A model generated the notes under the pieces. It saw only the letters and a program-made list of their open reading frames with translations. It was not told where the DNA came from and searched no databases. Made by a program: the position numbers and the translations under genes. From positions 370,191 through 434,190 of the forward strand of contig JACJYS010000001.1 of NCBI GenBank assembly GCA_020635995.1: DNA of 64,000 nt, in the 5' to 3' direction. Of this stretch, positions 45,528-55,265 are shown one piece after another. This DNA is from Chitinophagales bacterium. Its GTDB lineage: Bacteria > Bacteroidota > Bacteroidia > Chitinophagales > UBA8649. Each line of letters starts with the position of its first letter. Position 1 is the stretch's first letter.

Positions 45528-46559
45528 ATGAGTTTATTTAATTTTTTTACCGAAGAAATAGCTATTGATTTAGGTACTGCCAATACCTTAATAATACACA
45601 ACGATAAAGTAGTGGTAGATGAACCTTCAATAGTAGCCATAGACCGAAAAACAGACAAAGTAAAAGCTGTGGGAACTAAGGCGATGATGATGCACGAAAA
45701 AACCCACGACAATATAAAAACCATTCGTCCACTAAAAGATGGTGTTATTGCTGATTTTCAGGCAGCAGAAAGCATGATACGCGAAATGATAAAAATGATA
45801 TACGAAGGAAAAAGAAAACCTATATTTCCTCCTTCGTATAATATGGTTATTTGCATTCCAAGTGGTATTACAGAAGTAGAAAAACGTGCTGTAAAAGATA
45901 GTGCCTTAAATTCTGGTGGCAAAATGGTAAAAATGATACACGAGCCAATGGCTGCCGCTATAGGAATAGGAATAGATGTAGAAGAGCCAAGCGGAAACAT
46001 GATTATTGACATAGGCGGAGGAACAACAGAAATTGCCGTTATTTCATTGTCGGGAATTGTAAGCGACCAATCTATTAGAGTGGCGGGAGATGAATTTACC
46101 TCAAACATAGTAAACTATATGAGACGCCAGCACAACATGATGATAGGCGAAAGAACGGCTGAACAGATTAAAATAAATGTAGGTTCAGCTTTATCAGAAT
46201 TAGAAACTCCGCTTGAAGATTTTGCCGTAAATGGCAGAGATTTAATGACGGGAATCCCTAAGCAAATAATGGTAACTTACTCAGAGGTGGCTCATGCTTT
46301 AGATAAATCTATCTCTAAAATTGAAGAAGCTATTTTAAAGGCTTTAGAAACTACCCCGCCCGAATTGGCTGCCGATATATACAAAACAGGTCTTTATTTA
46401 ACAGGCGGAGGAGCACTACTTACAGGCTTAGATAAACGTATAGCCAGTAAAACAAAACTTCCTGTTCATGTAGCAGAAGATCCATTGAGAGCAGTAGTAA
46501 GAGGTACAGGTATTGCCCTTAAAAAAATGGATCAATATACTTTTTTGATGGACGATTAA
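45528..46559 (+). CDS. mreB: rod shape-determining protein MreB
   Basis: Actin-fold motifs 'IDLGTANT' and 'IDIGGGTTE', plus 'LTGGGALL'. Confidence 0.95.
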   Translation: MSLFNFFTEEIAIDLGTANTLIIHNDKVVVDEPSIVAIDRKTDKVKAVGTKAMMMHEKTHDNIKTIRPLKDGVIADFQAAESMIREMIKMIYEGKRKPIFPPSYNMVICIPSGITEVEKRAVKDSALNSGGKMVKMIHEPMAAAIGIGIDVEEPSGNMIIDIGGGTTEIAVISLSGIVSDQSIRVAGDEFTSNIVNYMRRQHNMMIGERTAEQIKINVGSALSELETPLEDFAVNGRDLMTGIPKQIMVTYSEVAHALDKSISKIEEAILKALETTPPELAADIYKTGLYLTGGGALLTGLDKRIASKTKLPVHVAEDPLRAVVRGTGIALKKMDQYTFLMDD

Positions 46560-46577
46560 CACACTTAAATAGCCTAT

Positions 46578-47420
46578 ATGTACAATCTATTTAAGTTTAT
46601 AGCCAAATATCATTTTTTCCTTTTATTTCTTCTTCTTGAAATTATTTCGCTGACTCTTGTTGTGCAATACAACAATTACCAAAAAGCAAAATTTATAAAT
46701 AGTGCCAATGCTTTTACAGGAAATATTTATACTATACAATCTAACATAACCAACTTTTTTAAACTTAAAAAGGTAAATGAACAACTTGCCGAAGAAAATG
46801 CCTATTTAAAATCTGTTACCAAAGAAATACACTACGTAGAAGTGCCAATGCTTACCAGCGATAGCATTTTTTTAACCGATACTTTATTTTTAGATACGCT
46901 AATAAGTTTAAATTATATTCCGGCAAAAGTTATAAGCAACACGACTAATAAACAGCAGAATATTATTTTTATAAACAAAGGAAAAAATGACGGCTTATAC
47001 GAAAATATGGGTGTAGTAAACCAAAAAGGAGTAGTGGGAGTGGTAAGAAATATATCTAACAATTATGCCACCGTAGTGCCTATTATAAATACAGGATTTA
47101 ATATTAATGCTAAAATTAAAGATTCAGGCTTTTTTGGCAATTTAACATGGGATGGCGTAAATCCGCTTTATGCCCAGTTGTATGATATTCCCAATCATAT
47201 TTCGCCACAAAAAGGAGATACTATTGTTACCAGCGGCTATTCTAAAGTATTTGAAGATGGAAATATTATAGGATATATAGAAAATGTAGAAACAGTACCC
47301 GGTAAAAGTTTTATAATGATACAAGTAAAACTTGCCGTAAGTTTTGGCAATTTGAATTATGTATATGCTTTGCAAAATAATTTTGATAATGAATTAGATA
47401 GCTTGTCGTATGAAAATTAG
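46578..47420 (+). CDS. mreC: rod shape-determining protein MreC
   Basis: N-terminal TM, then coiled region, then beta domain 'GVVGVVRNIS...ATVVPIIN'. Position after mreB. Confidence 0.8.
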   Translation: MYNLFKFIAKYHFFLLFLLLEIISLTLVVQYNNYQKAKFINSANAFTGNIYTIQSNITNFFKLKKVNEQLAEENAYLKSVTKEIHYVEVPMLTSDSIFLTDTLFLDTLISLNYIPAKVISNTTNKQQNIIFINKGKNDGLYENMGVVNQKGVVGVVRNISNNYATVVPIINTGFNINAKIKDSGFFGNLTWDGVNPLYAQLYDIPNHISPQKGDTIVTSGYSKVFEDGNIIGYIENVETVPGKSFIMIQVKLAVSFGNLNYVYALQNNFDNELDSLSYEN

Positions 47421-47928
47421 TATAAAAAACATATTATTTTTCTTATTTTTATTGGTTTTTCAACTGCTAATATTAGATCAAACTTCTATAAATATATTCA
47501 TAAACCCATACATTTATCCGCTTATAATTATATTGCTACCTTTTGAGATTAGTGGCTGGCTACTACTCATTTCAGCTTTTATATTAGGCTTTGTAGTTGA
47601 TGTTTTTAATGGCACAGTAGGTTTACACATGTTTGCCACGGTGGGCATGGCAGCATTTCGCCCTTTGTTAATTAATTTATTTTCATTGCAAAAATTAGAC
47701 AACAACAATAGTTTAAACATTAAATCTTTAGGGTTAATTGTATCGGGTTCTTTTATTGGAATATTATTATTTATACATCATGTATTGTATTTTGTGTTAG
47801 AAAGTTTCAGTTTTGCCAATTTCCATTTTCTTATTTTAAGAATTGTATTAAGCACTCTTGTTAGTCTATTATTATGTATGCTTTTGCTGTTAATTTTTAA
47901 AAACAATAACAAAGGCAATGAAAGATAG
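47410..47928 (+). CDS. mreD: rod shape-determining protein MreD
   Basis: 172-aa polytopic protein overlapping mreC and mrdA. Assigned mainly by synteny. Confidence 0.65.
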   Translation: MKISIKNILFFLFLLVFQLLILDQTSINIFINPYIYPLIIILLPFEISGWLLLISAFILGFVVDVFNGTVGLHMFATVGMAAFRPLLINLFSLQKLDNNNSLNIKSLGLIVSGSFIGILLFIHHVLYFVLESFSFANFHFLILRIVLSTLVSLLLCMLLLLIFKNNNKGNER

Positions 47929-49771
47929 ATACAAAAATCGGTCATTAGTTCTGGTTATACTCATATCTATTGTATCGCTAATTTTCATTTTTAAACTGCT
48001 TAGCCTTCAAGTTTTAAATAACAAATATGAAACCTTAGCACAAAAAATTGCACTAAAAAAAATAAATCTTTATCCTAATAGGGGATTAATATACGACCGT
48101 AATAATAACCTTTTGGTATATAACAAAGCCATTTATGACGTATTGGTAGTGCCTCGGTTAATAAAAGACTTAGACACCACTTTGTTGCTTAGCATTGTAG
48201 ATATGGATAAAGCTACTTTTCTTAAAAAAATGGAAAAAGCAAGCGAAGGACTGCATTACTACGGCTCTAATGAATTTGTAAAACAACTTTCTGCCGAGCA
48301 ATATGCTCTTTTTTTAGAAAACAACTGGAAATTTAAAGGTTTTTATGGCGAAACCCGAACTATAAGAAACTATACCAATACAGGAGCGGCACATATTTTA
48401 GGCGATGTGGGAGAAGTTAATCAAAAAGAAATAGACCAATCGGAGGGCTACTACCAAGCAAGAGATTATATAGGCAAAAGTGGCTTAGAAAAAATATATG
48501 AAGAAGAATTACGCGGAAAAAAGGGGTTTAAGTACATTTTTGTAGATAAATACAACAAAGAGCAAGGCACATTTGAAGACGGGAGCAATGATAGTATTCC
48601 CGTTCAAGGACTTACATTAAGCACTACCTTAGATATAGATTTACAATTGTATGGAGAAAAATTATTGCGAAATAAAATAGGCAGTATTGTAGCCATAGAA
48701 CCTCAAACAGGCGAAATACTTGCTTTAGTGAGTAGCCCCACTTTTGACCCCAATTTACTCTGTGGCTCTGAAAGAGGGAAAAATTACTTAAAATTATTTG
48801 ATGACCCACTAAAACCACTTTTTAACAGGGCGGTAATGGCTCAATATCCCCCGGGTTCTACTTTTAAGCCACTTACAGGTCTTATTGCCATGCAAGATGG
48901 TGCCATAACTCCAAACTTTGGTTATTTTTGTAATACCACATACAGAATTCCGGGATATACGCTTCATTGTTCGCACCACCACCCGTCTGCCAATAATATA
49001 CAACAAGCTATTCAGCACTCTTGCAATCCGTATTTTTGGGAAACTTTTAACAGAACTATAAGCAACGATAAGTATAAAACCAGCGAGCAAGCCTATACTA
49101 CTTGGTATAACTACTGTAGAAATTTTGGTTTAGATAGTATTTTAGGTATAGATATGTTGAGTGAAAAATCAGGGAATATTCCCAGCCCACAGTATTATAA
49201 CAAACTATATGGCAAAGGACGGTGGCGTGCTACAACCATTATATCTTTAGCCATTGGGCAAGGAGAAATACAGCTTACTCCATTACAATTAGCTAATTTA
49301 TATGCCACTATAGCCAACAAAGGATTTTTTGTTCAACCTCATATTGTAAAAACCGTAAATAATGAAACCGTAAAATATCCAATCCGTGAAACGCATATTG
49401 ATAAAGTGTATTTTGAAGATGTTTTAGAAGGCTTAAAATTAGTGGTAGATGAAGGAACGGGGAGAAGGTCAAAAATAGAAGGTATTTCTTTTGGTGGAAA
49501 AACAGGGACGGCTCAGAACCCACACGGAGAAGATCACTCCATTTTTGCAGGAATAGCACCATTGGAAAATCCTAAAATAGCTATAGCTGTAATTATAGAA
49601 AATGGTGGTGGCGGTTCTAAATATGCCGCACCCATAGCCAGTTTAATGGCAGAAAAATATTTGAATGATACCATTTCTACCGCCAGAATACCTTTTGAGC
49701 AAGTAATTTTAGATGCAAATTTGATAGAAAACGTATTAGGAACAAATAAAAGTGATACGCTACAACCATGA
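47918..49771 (+). CDS. mrdA: penicillin-binding protein 2 (elongasome transpeptidase)
   Basis: N-terminal TM anchor. 'STFK' ('PPGSTFKPL'), 'SCN' and 'KTGT' active-site triad motifs. Confidence 0.9.
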   Translation: MKDRYKNRSLVLVILISIVSLIFIFKLLSLQVLNNKYETLAQKIALKKINLYPNRGLIYDRNNNLLVYNKAIYDVLVVPRLIKDLDTTLLLSIVDMDKATFLKKMEKASEGLHYYGSNEFVKQLSAEQYALFLENNWKFKGFYGETRTIRNYTNTGAAHILGDVGEVNQKEIDQSEGYYQARDYIGKSGLEKIYEEELRGKKGFKYIFVDKYNKEQGTFEDGSNDSIPVQGLTLSTTLDIDLQLYGEKLLRNKIGSIVAIEPQTGEILALVSSPTFDPNLLCGSERGKNYLKLFDDPLKPLFNRAVMAQYPPGSTFKPLTGLIAMQDGAITPNFGYFCNTTYRIPGYTLHCSHHHPSANNIQQAIQHSCNPYFWETFNRTISNDKYKTSEQAYTTWYNYCRNFGLDSILGIDMLSEKSGNIPSPQYYNKLYGKGRWRATTIISLAIGQGEIQLTPLQLANLYATIANKGFFVQPHIVKTVNNETVKYPIRETHIDKVYFEDVLEGLKLVVDEGTGRRSKIEGISFGGKTGTAQNPHGEDHSIFAGIAPLENPKIAIAVIIENGGGGSKYAAPIASLMAEKYLNDTISTARIPFEQVILDANLIENVLGTNKSDTLQP

Positions 49772-51201
49772 ACAGGAGCGAAAGTTTTTTAAATAACATA
49801 GATTGGGTTCTTGTAAGCCTTTATTTAATACTTTGTATTATAGGTGTAGCTTTTATATATTCTACAGGATATAATACTTCAGATACTATCCGTTTATTTG
49901 ATTTTGGCACTGTGCACGGGCAGCAAATTTTATGGCTAATAGTTAGTCTTGTGGTGGCTTTTGTGGTTGTTATTATTGATTTTAAGTTTTATTCAAATTT
50001 TGCTTACATTATATACGGAGCCATAATGCTACTGCTGGCAAGTGTTTTGTTTTTAGGTGTAGAAATTAACGGTTCTAAATCGTGGTTTGCTCTTGGTGGA
50101 TTTAGGTTTCAGCCGGCAGAATTAGCAAAATTTGCCACTTGTTTAGCTTTAGCTAAAGTGCTTTCTGATATAAATATTGACCTAAGAACTTTAAATGGCA
50201 AACTTAAAGCAGGAACTATTTTGGCTATACCAATGGCACTTATTTTACTGCAAGGCGATGTGGGTTCTGCCATTGTTTTTTCAAGTTTAATTTTTGTACT
50301 TCACCGCGAAGGATTGGAGTCTGCATTTCTTGTTATTGGCTTTGGTTTAATTCTGTTTTCAATATTAGCTTTGCTTTATCCTCCGTTTTTATTGCTATAT
50401 TTTTATGCCGGCATATTGTGTGTTTTTATTTTTTACAATAGACTTCACAAATACCCTATTATAGCACCTACGCTGTCGGTTTTTGCTTTAATTTCAGTAT
50501 TTATTTTGTACAATAAATATTTGCTTCCCCTAAATTCTTTTACCAATTCTTATGCTCCTTTATTTATTTTATCATTAGTGGTTTTAATTGTTGGGTTTGT
50601 TTTACACTACAAAAAGAAAAAATGGATTACACCTTTTATGGCTATATTATTTGTAGTGGGTGTATATACTTTTTCGGTAAGTTTTATTTTTAATAATGTA
50701 CTAAAGCAACATCACCGCGATAGAATTAATTTAATTTTGGGTAAAATAGAAGACCAATCTGGTGCGGGATATAACTTATATCAATCCAAAGTAGCTATAG
50801 GTTCTGGGGGCTTAACGGGAAAAGGATATTTGCAAGGTACGCAAACCATGCTAAATTATGTGCCGGAGCAGTCCACAGATTTTATTTTTACTTCAATAGC
50901 CGAACAATTTGGTTTTATAGGAAGTTTTGTGCTTATATTGTTGTTTACCTTATTTCTGTTGCGTATTATTCAGGTTTCAGAAAGACAGCGATCTGCCATA
51001 GCAAGAATTTATGGCTATGGTGTAGCCAGTATATTGTTTATTCACTTTTTTGTAAATATAGGTATGACTATAGGTATTGTTCCTGTTATTGGTATTCCAC
51101 TACCTTTTATAAGCAAAGGAGGAAGTTCATTATTAAGTTTTACAATACTTTTATTTGTGCTTATAAAATTTGATACCGAACGCTTGAGTTTTGTGAGGTA
51201 A
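49768..51201 (+). CDS. rodA: SEDS glycosyltransferase RodA
   Basis: FtsW/RodA/SpoVE signatures 'GSKSWF..GFRFQPAELAK', 'PEQSTDFIF' and 'PLPFISKGGSS'. At 477 aa it is longer than E. coli RodA, with extra hydrophobic helices mid-protein. Confidence 0.9.
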   Translation: MNRSESFLNNIDWVLVSLYLILCIIGVAFIYSTGYNTSDTIRLFDFGTVHGQQILWLIVSLVVAFVVVIIDFKFYSNFAYIIYGAIMLLLASVLFLGVEINGSKSWFALGGFRFQPAELAKFATCLALAKVLSDINIDLRTLNGKLKAGTILAIPMALILLQGDVGSAIVFSSLIFVLHREGLESAFLVIGFGLILFSILALLYPPFLLLYFYAGILCVFIFYNRLHKYPIIAPTLSVFALISVFILYNKYLLPLNSFTNSYAPLFILSLVVLIVGFVLHYKKKKWITPFMAILFVVGVYTFSVSFIFNNVLKQHHRDRINLILGKIEDQSGAGYNLYQSKVAIGSGGLTGKGYLQGTQTMLNYVPEQSTDFIFTSIAEQFGFIGSFVLILLFTLFLLRIIQVSERQRSAIARIYGYGVASILFIHFFVNIGMTIGIVPVIGIPLPFISKGGSSLLSFTILLFVLIKFDTERLSFVR

Positions 51202-51207
51202 TTATGT

Positions 51208-51825
51208 TTACTTCACTATATAATTATCATAAGGCATACGAGACGAAATAGACCTTGAAAGAGTAATTTCATCGGTATATTCAAGTTCTCCACCAAAAGA
51301 AACCCCACGGGCAATAGTGGTTAGTTTAACATTATATGGTTGCAATAGTTTAGAAATATAATATAAAGTAGTATCGCCTTCCATAGTGGGGCTTATTGCC
51401 ATTATTATTTCTTCTATTTTTTCTTCTTTTACTCGGGTTTCTAAAGCAGTTATGGTTAAATCATCTGGTCCTATGCCGTTTACGGGACTTATTATTCCGC
51501 CCAGCACATGGTACAACCCTCTAAACGTTCCCGTACTTTCTATAGCTATAACATCTCTAATATTTTCTACCACACATATTGTATTTCTCTCCCGCATTTT
51601 ATTGCTACACACATCGCACACTTCTGTATCGCTTAAATTATAGCAGGTTTTACAATATTGTATTTCTTCTCGCATTTTTAAAATATTGTCGCTAAAATGC
51701 TGTACCTTTTCTTTATCTTGTTTAAGTAGGTGTAGCACTAAACGTAAAGCTGTTTTTTCGCCAATACCCGGCAACTTTTTAAATTCTGCCACTGCATTTT
51801 CTATCAATTTAGAAGGGTAATTCAT
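51208..51825 (-). CDS. recR: recombination protein RecR
   Basis: HhH 'LPGIGEKTALRL', Cys4 'CKTCYNLSDTEVCDVC' and a Toprim domain. Confidence 0.95.
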   Translation of the reverse strand: MNYPSKLIENAVAEFKKLPGIGEKTALRLVLHLLKQDKEKVQHFSDNILKMREEIQYCKTCYNLSDTEVCDVCSNKMRERNTICVVENIRDVIAIESTGTFRGLYHVLGGIISPVNGIGPDDLTITALETRVKEEKIEEIIMAISPTMEGDTTLYYISKLLQPYNVKLTTIARGVSFGGELEYTDEITLSRSISSRMPYDNYIVK

Positions 51826-51879
51826 AATGTATTAATGTTCATTTTTAATATCCCACTCAAGGTAATAAATATTTTGTTA

Positions 51880-51887
51880 TAAATTTG
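51880..51887 (+). promoter_or_regulatory. candidate -7 box (TAAATTTG) upstream of the GT2 gene
   Basis: TAnnTTTG only 4 nt before the ATG at 51892. It would imply a leaderless mRNA. Weak. Confidence 0.2.
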
Positions 51888-51891
51888 TTGC

Positions 51892-52605
51892 ATGTCTGTG
51901 AATAGCAATATAGAACTTAGTATAATAACGCCCTGTTATAATCCTATAAAAGGATGGGAGCAAAACTATGTAAGTTCATACAAAAGTATTAAAAATATAC
52001 TTCATGGTATTGAAATAGAGTGGATATTGGTAAATGACGGCTCCGAAAACAATGTTGATGCTACAAATATTGACTTTTTAAAACAAAATATTACTCATTT
52101 TAAATACTTAAGTTATAATGAAAATAAGGGAAAAGGTTTTGCTGTAAGATATGGAGCTAAACACGCCCAAGCAGATAAAACTATATTTACAGATATTGAT
52201 TTTCCGTATTTAGATAAGGATTTGAAAGCTGTTTATGAATTAATAAATCAAGAAAATGATATTATTATAGGTAAGCGTTCTGAAAATTATTATGATAATA
52301 TTTCTACTAATAGAAAATGGATTTCTAAGCAGTTTAAAAAGCTTATAAAACTATTGCTCAATATTCCCATAACAGACACACAAGCGGGTATAAAAGGTTT
52401 TAATAAAAATGGAAAAGGAATATTGCTGAAAACTACTATTAATCGCTATCTTTTTGACTTAGAATTAGTAAAAATAGCAAGTAAACAAAAAGCCAATATT
52501 GTAGAAACAGAAGTTAGTTTAAAACCCAATATAGTAATGCCTAATATGAGTACTAAAATACTATTTTCTGAGTTTATTAATCTCCTAAAAATAATGCTAA
52601 AGTGA
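51892..52605 (+). CDS. glycosyltransferase family 2, polyprenyl-phosphate sugar synthase-like (DPM1/GtrB/ArnC architecture)
   Basis: 'SIITPCYNP', 'VNDGSEN', 'TDIDFPY' (DxD) and 'TDTQAGIKGF'. 237 aa with no TM segment. Confidence 0.7.
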   Translation: MSVNSNIELSIITPCYNPIKGWEQNYVSSYKSIKNILHGIEIEWILVNDGSENNVDATNIDFLKQNITHFKYLSYNENKGKGFAVRYGAKHAQADKTIFTDIDFPYLDKDLKAVYELINQENDIIIGKRSENYYDNISTNRKWISKQFKKLIKLLLNIPITDTQAGIKGFNKNGKGILLKTTINRYLFDLELVKIASKQKANIVETEVSLKPNIVMPNMSTKILFSEFINLLKIMLK

Positions 52606-53883
52606 TTGGCTTTTTAGCTTAGTACTGCTAAACAAATTTAGTTTATAAAATATAACTAAACTTATACCTAAAGGAACTAATTGCAAATAAAGATAAGGCA
52701 CGTGTATGAAACTGTAAAACACCAAAAAGTAAATTTTTAATGCTAATAAGGCATAAAAAGAGTCTTGTTTCATGGTTTTATGCTTCCATACAAAAATCAA
52801 ACACAGTATTAGTGAAACAGCAATACTTAATCCAATATGCCAGTGGCGACACATGGCTACTTTTTCTTCTAAAGTGCCTTTAAAGAAATCGTAAAAATAA
52901 ACAGCAAACCCAAATCCCCGACCTATATGGGATGGATAATTTTCAGCGTTTGAAACCCACTCTCCAACAGCCGCTTCGGCATAATAGGAAAGTCCTCTTG
53001 TAAAAACGTATGGGTCTATGGTCATAAATGGTAAAACATAAACTAATAAGCCAACCACTATTATTCCTATTACAATTTTTAAAGAGGTTTTCCAGCCTTT
53101 TTGATACAATACAAATATCCCGAAAAAAGGAAGTAAAAACAAAAATGAAAAACGGGAATACAAACACAACGAAGTTGCTAAAACTATCCAAATCCACCGT
53201 TTAGAAAATAAAGAAACGGCAAACAATATATAAAATGCCACTATAGTAAGCTCTGTAGTATAACCAAACACATCGGGGTGGTGGTCTTTAAACATCCATA
53301 AAAAGAAAAAAGGGTAAATAAGTTTAATGGCTATTTCTGCTACCGACCATTGTACACTATAAGAACACATGTAAGCCACTAAAACAGCAACATAAAATAT
53401 AAACAAAGCAAACAAGCGATAATCTATACGCAAAAGCTCGGGAATGAGATATGGAATCCACTGAAATGTTAAATAATTTGGATAAACCGTCCAACCATCA
53501 TATTGAATAGGTGCGTATGGGAACTCGCCTTGCAGTAGTTTTTTATTGTAATTCATTAGTGTGGGTATTACATCGGAATAAAGGGAATTTATTTCAAATT
53601 TTTTAATAGATTGACCATAAATAACAATAAAAATAACCGCAAATAACACAAAAACACCAGCTATTATCCATTTGGTTTTTGTTGTGTTTTTTAATTGTAA
53701 AACTACTTTTTCTTTTGTGTGTATTTTGTAGGCAACTGCTACTAACAAAAATCCTGTTAAAAAAATAACAATAGGCGAAACATAAACACCAAAAGCATTA
53801 GTAAAAAATGTATGCCAGCCTAATTCTAACACTAAAAGGAGTAAAAAAAGCCAAGATAAAATGCTTGTTTTTGTTTTTTTCAT
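52597..53883 (-). CDS. polytopic membrane protein, GT-C-like (function unknown)
   Basis: 428 aa, almost entirely hydrophobic helices. Loop 'YAPIQYDGWTVYPNYLTFQWIPY'. Third gene of a co-directional triad. Confidence 0.4.
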   Translation of the reverse strand: MKKTKTSILSWLFLLLLVLELGWHTFFTNAFGVYVSPIVIFLTGFLLVAVAYKIHTKEKVVLQLKNTTKTKWIIAGVFVLFAVIFIVIYGQSIKKFEINSLYSDVIPTLMNYNKKLLQGEFPYAPIQYDGWTVYPNYLTFQWIPYLIPELLRIDYRLFALFIFYVAVLVAYMCSYSVQWSVAEIAIKLIYPFFFLWMFKDHHPDVFGYTTELTIVAFYILFAVSLFSKRWIWIVLATSLCLYSRFSFLFLLPFFGIFVLYQKGWKTSLKIVIGIIVVGLLVYVLPFMTIDPYVFTRGLSYYAEAAVGEWVSNAENYPSHIGRGFGFAVYFYDFFKGTLEEKVAMCRHWHIGLSIAVSLILCLIFVWKHKTMKQDSFYALLALKIYFLVFYSFIHVPYLYLQLVPLGISLVIFYKLNLFSSTKLKSQSL

Positions 53884-53891
53884 TAGAATTA

Positions 53892-55265
53892 TTATTCTTC
53901 GTTTTTAAAAATAAACTTATACTTATTGGGGCTTAAATAAAAGTACGCTTCATTAAATTCGTCCTTTACATTAAAAGTTGTCCAATACACAATAAATGCA
54001 TCTGTACGAGTCAAATCATCTTCGCTAATACTTTCGCTATTTTTTATAACTACTGTAGTTGCTTCTTTTCTTTGATAAGTAGAAAGTATGAGTGTTTCTA
54101 TATCTATAGCCCAAAACCAACCATTTTTCTTAAACGTTACTTCATTATTTTGTACAATGCCTCTATTGGTTTGCATAGCCTGTGTTTTATCAATTAAGCT
54201 ATTAAAATAAGCCATTCTTTCTCTGCTAAATTCCGAACGATTAAATATTTGAACTAAACCCACAACTACAATAAAAGTATATATAATTGCCCATAATGGT
54301 TGCTTAATCTTAAACCCGTAATATACAAATACTAATGCCACTATAAAGCTAACCATTTGGTAAATATGTGCGTGATAATACATATATCCCTGATTGCCTA
54401 ATTTTGACATAGCTAAATAAAGATTAGCATATACAAACAATATAAAAAAGACCGCCAACAGGTATTTTCTTTGTACAATTAAAAACACCAAGGCTAAAGC
54501 AAGTGCTATTAAAACTAAAAAATCATAGTTAATGGTCTGTTGCCAAAACACAAGAAAAGCATCTAAGGGAAAAAATTTCAAGTAGCGTAATTCCAGCATG
54601 TTTTGCGAATCGTTTGGAACAGTAAAAAACAGATATTTACTAAAATAGCAACAAAGAAAGAACAGATAAGTAATACCCCATTTTAAGGTAGCTTTTTCTT
54701 TTTTATGATACCAAACAAAAAGAAAAACAAAAGAAACAAATATTATTATTAGCGGATGAGCATAGCTTATGATTAATAATAGTGGTAACACAACAAACCA
54801 ATACCATTTACTGTTTAAAAAACTATTATTATTTAATATAGCATAAAGCAGTACTGTTAACGTTAATCCCATTTGATACTCGCTAACGGGATAATAAAAC
54901 ATTAAAGAAGATGAAATTAAATGCGAAATCAATAAGATTAAAGTTGCTTCTATATCTTTTAAAACCAAAAGTAAAACCAGTAAAACACCTATGTGAAACA
55001 ACATTAAATTGACACTATATGAAATTAATACCGTTTGGAAAGAAGCATTAAGTTTAATAAGTAGTAGCGGTAGTAATTGAGTGGGAATAGCTATAAACCT
55101 AAATGAACCATAATTAAACGTTTCTTTATTCATTAAGTTGTAAATGTATGTAGCTGTATCGGCACTTAATATACGCTCTAAGGCAAAGTAGTAAGAAAAC
55201 ACCAACAACAAAACAGATGATAGTATAATTAGAATAAAAATATATGGTTTTTGTTTAAACAACAT
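53892..55265 (-). CDS. polytopic membrane protein with C-terminal soluble domain, GT-C-like (function unknown)
   Basis: 457 aa. N-terminal 'ERILSADTATYIYNL' after TM1, multiple helices, then about 100 aa of hydrophilic tail. Its start overlaps the upstream stop (TAATG). Confidence 0.4.
   Translation of the reverse strand: MLFKQKPYIFILIILSSVLLLVFSYYFALERILSADTATYIYNLMNKETFNYGSFRFIAIPTQLLPLLLIKLNASFQTVLISYSVNLMLFHIGVLLVLLLVLKDIEATLILLISHLISSSLMFYYPVSEYQMGLTLTVLLYAILNNNSFLNSKWYWFVVLPLLLIISYAHPLIIIFVSFVFLFVWYHKKEKATLKWGITYLFFLCCYFSKYLFFTVPNDSQNMLELRYLKFFPLDAFLVFWQQTINYDFLVLIALALALVFLIVQRKYLLAVFFILFVYANLYLAMSKLGNQGYMYYHAHIYQMVSFIVALVFVYYGFKIKQPLWAIIYTFIVVVGLVQIFNRSEFSRERMAYFNSLIDKTQAMQTNRGIVQNNEVTFKKNGWFWAIDIETLILSTYQRKEATTVVIKNSESISEDDLTRTDAFIVYWTTFNVKDEFNEAYFYLSPNKYKFIFKNEE

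Noticed and set aside
45758-46108. Antisense ORFs of 60-120 aa listed in the track inside well-supported genes. Examples: 45758-46108 in mreB, 60196-60558 in pyk, 36004-36315, 32656-32967, 8677-8943, 2328-2663, 57537-57833
   Set aside because: Each is fully nested on the opposite strand of a gene with strong family motifs. They show low-complexity or hydrophobic junk sequence and lack plausible start context.
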